The notes beneath the pieces are model-generated. The model made no database searches and was not told the origin of the DNA. It saw only the letters and a program-made list of their open reading frames with translations. Shown here in pieces: positions 54,151 to 64,000 of a stretch of 64,000 nucleotides of DNA. This stretch comes from Eledone cirrhosa (lineage: Eukaryota). The position numbers were made by a program, and so were the translations under genes. Location of the stretch: NCBI GenBank assembly GCA_964016885.1, contig OZ024754.1, positions 34,038,001 through 34,102,000 of the forward strand, written 5' to 3'. Numbering within the stretch: position 1 is the stretch's first letter; each line of letters starts with the position of its first letter.

Positions 54151-56929
54151 CTGGAGAAAGAAAAATAGAAGGAAAGAAAAACAGATTAGTTTTAGATATT
54201 TTAATAAGATGCACATTGTCATTGAAGAGTCATTTAACCATATTCAAAATAACTCAAAATTTGTTAACATTACTTTACATTTATTTCTTAGAGTCCAAAT
54301 TTTTATGGCAGTGTTTATAACTTGATCGCTAACACAGTTCCAACAAGAGATTTTATACATGGTTTCTCAGCTCGCTAAAAAATAACAATCAAATCTACCT
54401 CAAATCAATTTCTGCTATCTTTAAAAAGGAAAGCATACAAGGGTCAGTTGAAAAGTTCATAGGCTGACTTTAAAGGAGTGATGCTAGAACTGTGAAATCT
54501 TGCATGCATTAATTTCAACTCTTCTTACAAGGTTGTATCTCATAACAGGTTTCTCAGGGATTTTAATGATAGGAACTCCAGTTCCATCATTATTGTTACA
54601 GCTCACACATATGCAGATTTAGCAGACCTTCTATGAGGTTGCATCTCATGGCAGATTTCTCAGATGTTTTAATGATAGAAACCCATCCTATTATGAAAAG
54701 CAACATGAAATGAAGAGCATCTTGCTCCCAAACACAATGCACTGCCTGGTTTTGGATTTGAACCTACAACTATATGATATGAGGAAAGACTCAGTAAACT
54801 ATAAATGCAATATAAAATTACAAAACATAACTGATTTACCAACTTACATGAGAAAACAAAACAATTAGTCATCCTGCTTAGTGTAAGATGTCTGGCAGCT
54901 AGATCATGTGTGACCAAGAGATTTTTGTTCTCCCATTATGAGGACAATGATCAACAGGTTTCCAGACCTCACTCTTTTATTGAGTGGGGTAGAACTCATC
55001 AAATCAGATCAAGGAAACAATTTTTCCATCGGCCTTTCCATTGCTGATGTTTATCTACCTGTTGCAACTCCTGGCAGAAAGAGCAACACAAAATAAAATG
55101 TCTTGCTCAAGGACATAATGCATTTCCCAGTACCCAGGAATCAAACTCACAACCTCATGATTGCATACTGGTTGTCCCATTATAAAAGGATTAATAAATA
55201 CAAACTAGTAAATTCCCCTATGAACCCTTAAGGTTTTATTCACCACTACCAAAATATTATTCTCCCCTAGGGGTCTAAATGAACCCTTTTAAGAATTCCT
55301 GCTCTAACTTCTAGGCCATGCACTTTCACTGATGGAGTTCATATAGGAAATGCTGGAAAGAAAAACAAACACGCAAACAGAAGATCAATTAAGAACAAAA
55401 TCTAGCTTAATCCTGCAGCTTTGGGGATTGGAAACTGTGTTTAAATATAGTGATAAATTGAGTAGTAGTGTAGATAAGGTGACAAAAATGTCTGATTCTG
55501 CACACAAAAGGAGTGTCCTAATTTTGATAAAATTCACCACTAGTCTATTTAATCAATTTTCCCCTACCCCAAAAATTGTTGGCCTTGTGCCTAAATCAGA
55601 AACCATTATTAAGATCCCGCCGAGGTTAACTTTGCCTTTCATCCTTACGGGGTCGATAAAATAAAGTACCAGTAATGCACTGGGTTATTGCTGGCCTTGT
55701 GCCAAAAAGTAGAAACAATTATTAAGCTGGTATTAGGAACATAACAAAATTTCTTACATAACATTCTGATGGAAGGTTTTTAGGTAAATATAAACACTTT
55801 AAAACAAAGAATAATGTATCATAGAAGCAGGGCCAGTTTCAGACAGTTTGGAATCAAAAGGATTAAATATCACTGCTACACTTGAAGGACTGCAGAAAAA
55901 AATCCTGATTACACCTGCTCCCTTCAATAGTTGTTTCACCCAGAAAAATTTATTTTAATATCATTTTTAACTTTTTTTCCACTTACCTCCCTTCTACATA
56001 ACCTCTCTAGCAAACAAAATACACCTGCCTTATCTTTTATACTTCCTAATGTTTCTTCCTTTTTTTATATAGGAAGGTATCCTTCTTTTTTATTCTTCCT
56101 CCTTTCTATGTCAAAATTCTTATCTATCCTGCTCCTTCTCTACAACTACTAACACATTTGTTTTTCATTCTATCTGTTTTATTGATATTTCAGCTTTTTT
56201 CATCATCTTTCTCTCATTCATTTTGTTTTAAACACATATTCATTTTAATTTCAATGTATTTGATATCATTTCTCCTACTACTTCTCTTTCTCTCTCTCAC
56301 AAACACACACACACATACATACATACACAAACATACACATACACATATATAATTCATGCTCTCCTCCTTTTGATTTATCATCCTTCCATAATAGCAATAG
56401 AACAATATAGCATGGGACCACCATATCTGGGAAGCTTTACCATCACAAAATGGGAATTGGTCAACCTTTTTCATACCAAACCATCTGAAACAGACCCTGG
56501 TTTTATGATACAGAAGTGTTTTAAAGTTTTCATATTTATATTAACCCTTTAGCATTTAAACCAGCCATATCCAGCCGGAATTCTTTCACCTCTTTCTGTT
56601 CAAATTGGCTGTAACCAGCTGCTCATACTGATGTTAAGGTATTGTTCTCAAAATAAATAATCTCAAAATCTCATAGATTCAATATTATGTGAGGTAAAGC
56701 CTTTACCATGAAAATATAATGGTAGATAGAGAGTAATGTAAATGGTAAAGAGTTAAAACATTCCATCAAAATGAATTGCAGAGGATGATAGGAATAGAAC
56801 CAATTATGAATGTTGTAAAAATAAATAGAATGAAATGATTGAGTCATGTGTTGAGGAAGACTGAACGTGACTAGGTGAGATGAGTGATGGGAATGAATGT
56901 AGAGATTAGTTGAGGAAGTGGAAAGACAT

Positions 56930-57866
56930 AGCTAAAGATGATGGAGGCAGTAGAAAGACCAGGAAAGACATGGCTAAAGATAATGGAGGCAGTAGAAAGA
57001 CCAGGAAAGACAAGGCTAAAGATGATGGAGACAGTAGAAAGACCAGGAAAGACATGGCTAAAGATGATGGAGGCAGTAGAAAGACCAGGAAAGACATGGC
57101 TAAAGATAATGGAGGCAGTAGAAAGACCAGGAAAGACATGGCTAAAGATAATGGAGGCAGTAGAAAGACCAGGAAAGACATGGCTAAAGATAATGGAGGC
57201 AGTAGAAAGACCAGGAAAGACAAGGCTAAAGATAATGGAGGCAGTAGAAAGACCAGGAAAGACATGGCTAAAGATAATGGAGGCAGTAGAAAGACAAGGA
57301 AAGACATGGCTAAAGATAATGGAGGCAGTAGAAAGACCAGGAAAGACAAGGCTAAAGATAATGGAGGCAGTAGAAAGACCAGGAAAGACATGGCTAAAGA
57401 TAATGGAGGCAGTAGAAAGACCAGGAAAGACATGGCTAAAGATAATGGAGGCAGTAGAAAGACCAGGAAAGACATGGCTAAAGATAATGGAGGCAGTAGA
57501 AAGACAAGGAAAGACATGGCTAAAGATAATGGAGGCAGTAGAAAGACCAGGAAAGACAAGGCTAAAGATAATGGAGACAGTAGAAAGACCAGGAAAGACA
57601 AGGCTAAAGATAATGGAGACAGTAGAAAGACCAGGAAAGACAAGGCTAAAGATAATGGAGGCAGTAGAAAGACAAGGAAAGACATGGCTAAAGATAATGG
57701 AGGCAGTAGAAAGACCAGGAAAGACAAGGCTAAAGATAATGGAGGCAGTAGAAAGACAAGGAAAGACATGGCTAAAGATAATGGAGACAGTAGAAAGACC
57801 AGGAAAGACAAGGCTAAAGATAATGGAGGCAGTAGAAAGACCAGGAAAGACATGGCTAAAGATGAT
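56930..57866 (+). repeat. 42-bp minisatellite, about 22 copies, derived from an RTE 3' end
   Basis: Unit gctaaagataatggaggcagtagaaagaccaggaaagacatg reads ..RPGKTW..; upstream flank is a degenerate HVLRK..VMGMNVE LINE sequence. Confidence 0.88.
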
Positions 57867-60800
57867 AGAGGAAATAAAGGTCAGGGGGCTATGATGAGGA
57901 ATGCAGATGATAGGGCAAATGGAGAACCCTTTCATGTGACCTTAGAAGGCTAACCACTGCTTTAGCAACAATAACACAGCACATCGACAAGACAAGAATC
58001 AAAGATTGACAGCAAAACTTTTACAAATATAAGGTAGATTGTAGATTTAGTTGACATCAATGAGTTTCCATATCAACTAAAATGTCAGGATGTGAAGTCA
58101 GTAACACAGGAAGTAGTTTTGTGAAGCCAGTTATACAGGAAGTAGTCTTGTGAAGCCAGTTATACAGGAAGTAGTCTTGTTACAGCCAATAAAATGTCAG
58201 GATTGTGACGTCAGTTATACAGGTAGGGGTTTGTGAAGTCAGTTGTACAGGAAGTAGTTTTATTACAGCCAATAAAATGTCAGGATTGTGATATGTTTTA
58301 TACAGGAAGCAGTTTTCTTACAGCCAATAAAATGTCAGGATTATGATGTGTGTTATACAGGAAGTAGTTTTGTGAAGTCAGTTGTACAGGAAGTAGTTTT
58401 GTTACAGACAATAGAATAGTAAATGATTAACCACTAAATATTTATAAAGAATATTAACAAAGAAAAAACAAATTTAAACCTTATTTAAACAAACTCCTGA
58501 AACCTCAGAGGATTTTATCACTGCCCAAACCATCAAGAATTTGCTACTAACCAGCCAATCAAACCCCTTCCTACACATAGGCCCAAGTTCAGTCCACAAA
58601 CATATTTTATCAGTAACAGATTACCTCCTCCTCCCTTACATGAATTCAAAAACATTAAGAGCACCCTTCCCCTTTAAACTACCACCTTACCTCCCAAACC
58701 CTCTATTTTCTAGCAACTATCTAATCCTCAAAAGGATTTACTCACATACAAAGCAACTACCTTATTCACGAAGCAGTCAGCCATCCCTCCATTATCAGAA
58801 TGTTTCGTCTGCACCCTTAAACTACCCCACCATGACACACTGAATACAACTTCAGATCTGAAACAACCCACCCGCATGCAAAAGAATGTATCCACCACCC
58901 GCCCACCCCCTGCCAACCAACATATCCCCTTCCCTCCACCACCACCACAACCAGCAACACAACCACCACCACCACAACCAGCAACTCAACCACCACCACC
59001 ACAACCAGCAACACAACCACCACCACCACCACAACAACAACTGGCAAGACAACCATCACCACAACCACCACCACAACAACCTCAACCACCACAACTGGCA
59101 AGACAACCATCACCACAACCATCACCACAACAATCGCAACCACCACCACCACCACCACAAAAACAACCTCCACCACCACAACCCCCACCGCAACCACAAT
59201 AACCACGACAACCACAACAACCACCACCATCAACACAACCACCACCATCACCACAACCACCACCACCAACACAACCATCACCATCACAACAAAACCACAG
59301 CCACTACCATCACTACAACAACCCCCACTACAACCTCCACCACACCACCACACCACAATCTCCACCACCACCACTATCACCACAACCTCCACCACCACCA
59401 CCACACCACGATCTCCACCACCACCGCCATCACCACAACCTCCACCACCACAACCTCCACCACCACCACAATCTCCACCACCACCGCCATCACCACAACC
59501 TCCACCACCACCACCACCATCACTACAACCTCCACCACCACACCACAATCTCCACCACCACCGCCACCACCACAACCTCCACCACCACCGCCACCATCAC
59601 CACAACCTCCACCACCACCACTCACTCTAAACAGCTCAATAATTTAATCTTGCTGATTCAGTAGAATCTTCAGTAATGAGTCTAATTCATTTCAAAACAA
59701 CATTCGTTACCACAACATTCGTTACCACAACATTCGTAACCACAACATTCGTTACCACAACACATCAATTAAAATACTGTATTCTTCTGTGTATTGCGTG
59801 CATTCGTGTATAACACGCATTTGTGTACAGTGAAATTCCAGGTGAATTGGCAGTATCGGTAGAGAGTCGGACGCCGTGCTTTCCAGCATCGAGTTACGGC
59901 CCTTTATGGTCTGAGTTCAAATCCCGCCGAGGTTAACTTTGCCTTTCATCCTTACGGGGTCGATAACATAAAGTACCAGTAATGTACTGGGATAATTGCT
60001 GGCCTTGTGCCAATAGTAGAAACAATTATAATGACATAACGAATTTTACTCATATAATGCACATTCGTGTATAACACACATTCATGTATAACGTGCATTC
60101 ATGTATAACACGCATTCATGTATAACACACATTCATGTATAAGGCGCATTCTCGTACAGTGATACCGTTATACTGTTATACCGTTATAACAAATTTTACT
60201 TGTATAACTCGCATTCGTGTATAACGCGCATTCCTGTATAATGCGCATTCATGTATAACACGCATTCATATATAACATCACGTATTCATGTATAACACAC
60301 ATTCATGTATAACGCACATTCCAGTATAACACGCATTCATGTATAACGCGCAATCTTGTACAGTGAAATTCCGTTATAACGAAATGTATAACATGTATTC
60401 TTGTATAACGTGTATTCTTGTATAACGTGTGTTCTTGTATAATGTGTATTCTTGTATAACGTGTATTCTTGTATAACGTGCAGCCCGTTTTTGACCAGAA
60501 AAATGTATTATATGGTTAGCTTTTATATCACTTTACTGCTGATGAGTGTATAGTAAACATTATAACCTGCTTAACCCTTTAGTATTTACATTACTCTATA
60601 TCTACTATTGTATTTTCACATAAAAGGCTTTACCTCACATAATTATCTCACATAATATCGAAACTATATTATTTATTTTGAGAAGAATACCTTAACCCTT
60701 TAGCATTTACATTACTCTATATATACCGTTGTATTTTTGCTGTAAAAGCTTTACCTTACATAATTATCTCACATAATATCGAATCTATGAGATTTTGATG

Positions 60801-61542
60801 TTATTTATTTCGAGAACAATACCTTAACATCAGTATGAGCAGCTGGTTACGGCTGGTTTGAACAGAAAGAGGTGAGAAAATTCTGGCCGGATATGGCCGG
60901 TTTAAATACTAAAGGGTTAACATCAGTATGAGCGGCCAGTTATGACCAGTTTGAACAGAAAGAGTTGGGGGAATTCTAGTTGGATATGGCAAGTTTAAAT
61001 GCTAAAGGGCTAACTGTTTATGCACAAAAACCAGGCTCTTCCTGACCTCAGATCGCTGGAGCTCACAGAGAAAATGACGAAGGACTGTGACGAATGGTGA
61101 GATGCTCTGCAGAAAAGGAGCCATCCCACACTTGCAAGCAAGAAAAAGCTGACGTAAAATGATGATGATGATGATGATATACATATATACATACATATAT
61201 ACACATATATATATACATTATATATACATATATATATATACATTATATATACATACATACATGCATGTATACACATACATATATTTATACATACATATAT
61301 ACATACATACATACATATATACATACATACACACACATATATATACATATATATATACATACATACATATACATATACATATATATATACATATACATAC
61401 ACATACATACATACACATACATATATATATATATACACATATATACACACATACACACACACATATATATATATACATATACACATACATACACACACAC
61501 ATACACACACACACATATATATATACATACATATACATACAT

Positions 61543-61589
<47 letters not shown>

Positions 61590-61626
61590 TACATACATAC
61601 ATATATATATATATACATACACATAC

Positions 61627-61663
<37 letters not shown>

Positions 61664-61814
61664 CATACATATATATATATATATGTATTACCACCACTGT
61701 CACAAGAACACCAACAACAATTCCTTATGCACATCAAACACTCTTGCACACATTCCACTACCATGTTTTGTGTGTGTGTGTGTGTGTGTGCATACACACA
61801 CACACACATCTATT

Positions 61815-62416
61815 TAAGGCTTTTCATGGCTATGGTGTGGCCACACTTAGAATTTGCATCACCAGTCTGGAACCCCTATCTTGCTCAGAACATTGACCAC
61901 CTGGAAACTGTTCAGAGACGTGCAACCAAGCGAATACCCTCCATCAGGCATCTACCATACTCTGAGCGCCTTGCTTCCCTGGGCATGGATACATTGAAGC
62001 TCCGATGCCTGGCATCTGACTTGGTAAACACCCACAAAATTGTTAACCATCTTGCACCTTTTTGATTTCCATGTGTCTAACACACGTGGGCATGCCAACA
62101 AAAGTCAGAAAACAGCTCCCATGACTTTCGGAAACATTTTTTCACGCTCAGAGTTGCTGAAGCATGCAACAAACTACCTGCATCGGTTGTTAGCTGTCGA
62201 GACACTGCATCCTTTAAAACCTCCATGCTTCCCGAGATTCACCAACACTACACCTAATGTTCCCTCTCCATACACATACACACATGTATATCATGACTCA
62301 TACACTATTCACTTCCCTGACATTTGTATATTATTCTATGTACTATACATGCGCCTTTGACAAGTTGTAGTGCACCTGAGCACTTTACACAATAATTTCA
62401 TTATTATTATTATTAT
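61815..62416 (+). mobile_element. CR1/L2-group LINE 3' fragment
   Basis: [13 protein letters not shown]...[10 protein letters not shown]...YSERL..LG; ends in (ATT)n. Confidence 0.85.
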
Positions 62417-62445
62417 TTTATATATTTATATATATATATATTGTT

Positions 62446-62690
62446 ATACTTTGGGAGGGTCATGTTGCCAATAAGAAACACATGCACCAGTTACTTTCAC
62501 TTCAATTTATTATAATAAATTTATAAATTTAGGAATTTATAAATTTCCGGTTGGCTGGTTGGTTCCACAACCAGATGATTGTTTATATATTGTCGAAGTT
62601 CTTTCGTCACACATTCTGTGACCTCTTCAGTGACTGGGGATTCTTTTCTTTGTTTTTGTGCCTCTCCTTTGTTCTGTCCTACGCCATCTT
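62446..62690 (-). mobile_element. 245-nt hammerhead-bearing element, copy 2 (motif at 62592-62634)
   Basis: Reverse complement of 37948-38192 with a few substitutions; flanked by (TA)n on both sides. Confidence 0.7.
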
Positions 62691-62718
62691 GTTTATATAT
62701 ATATATATATATATATAT

Positions 62719-62778
<60 letters not shown>

Positions 62779-63689
62779 AATATATATATACATATATATA
62801 TATGAAGGTGTGTATGAATTGAATTTTTTTTTTTAAGATTTGAATTTGACTTGAAATTTAAAGGTCAGGTTTAGCTGGCCCACTATAAGGTTGTATCTCA
62901 TAAGAAGTTTCTCATGTTTTAATGATAGGTGACCACAGTCCTGACATACTGTTGTTATAGCTCACACCTATGTAAGTTTAGGTAGCTTCCTATAAGGTTG
63001 TATCTCATTGAATGTTTCTTGGATGTTTTAATGATAAGGTCAGCATCATCATCATCGCCTTTTTACGTCCGCTTTTACCTGCTTGCAAGGGTGGGACGGG
63101 TCCTATTCAGCACAGCATCTCTCCACTTGACACGGTCCTTCGTCATCTCCTCCGTGAGTTTCAGCAATCTGAGGTCTGCTCTCACCACCTCTGCCCATGT
63201 TTTTTCGTGGCCATCCTCTACTGCGTCTTCCTTCTACTGGGATTTCTTGGTACTTCTTTACCCAGCGGTCATCCACCATGCGCATCACATGGCCATACCA
63301 TCTCAGTCCTATCATGGAAAGCCATGTGAAATGAAATGTCTTGCTCAAGGACAGAACGCACTGCCTGCTCCAGGAATCAAACACATGACCCCATGAACAT
63401 CAGACCGACACCCTAACCATTAGGCTACATGCCTCAGAGGAGTGTCAATCTAAATGATTGACTAATTTGGTAGTCTGACTCATTTAGATTCTCTTCACCT
63501 GACACACACACACACATACACATACACACTGTCACACACACACAGTCACACACAGACATACACAGTCATATAAGAATTACAGTTTTTGTTGTTTTTTTTT
63601 GTTTTTTTTCAAAAGGGATAAGCAATGGTGAGCAGGTGGGGGTGATTGGAGAGAAGGGGGTGGAAAATCAAAGACAGAAGATTGCCTGG

Positions 63690-63726
<37 letters not shown>

Positions 63727-64000
63727 TTATGTAGAGGAGGGGGCAACAATGAATGGAGAAAAGTAAGTTATATTTAATGAAGGAAGTGGAAAATAAAATA
63801 ATATTTACAATAAATATGAGAGAGAGAGAGAGAGAAATAGAAAGGAAGAAAGAGAAATAGAGAGGAAGAAAGAGAAAGAGAGGAAGAGAGAGAAGAAAAG
63901 AGGAAAGAGAGAGAGAGAGAGAGGGAAAGAGAGAAAAAGAGGAAGAAAAGAGAGAGAAATAGAGAGGAAGAAAAGAGAGAGTAATAGAGAGGAGGAGAGA

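Noticed and set aside
54436-54527. Mariner-like terminal sequence tacaagggtcagttgaaaagttc
   Set aside because: Only one end and no transposase or partner TIR visible

Overview
AT-rich, microsatellite- and repeat-dense animal genomic DNA; the repeat landscape suggests a cephalopod, most likely Octopus (inference). The window is internal to one large minus-strand gene, a Flamingo/CELSR cadherin-EGF-laminin G receptor. Six GT-AG exons (54150-53798, 32488-32314, 30849-30724, 26494-26260, 6337-6133, 5125-5013) splice in frame through the membrane-proximal cadherin region, EGF1-3 and LamG1. The introns hold tRNA-derived SINEs, RTE and CR1-like LINE fragments (one with a clean twin-priming inversion), piggyBac-, hAT- and Tc1-type MITEs, and minisatellites made from pieces of these elements. 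The most striking hidden layer is about 11 sequence-diverse type I hammerhead ribozyme motifs (CTGAnGA...GAAA) in short elements mostly bounded by (TA)n tracts. Several have palindromic stem III, long stem II inserts or fold-back inverted copies, consistent with Penelope-like/retrozyme-like elements; 7 are sense to the host pre-mRNA. Nearly all long ORFs in the supplied track are microsatellite artefacts. All structures were folded by eye; repeat boundaries are approximate.
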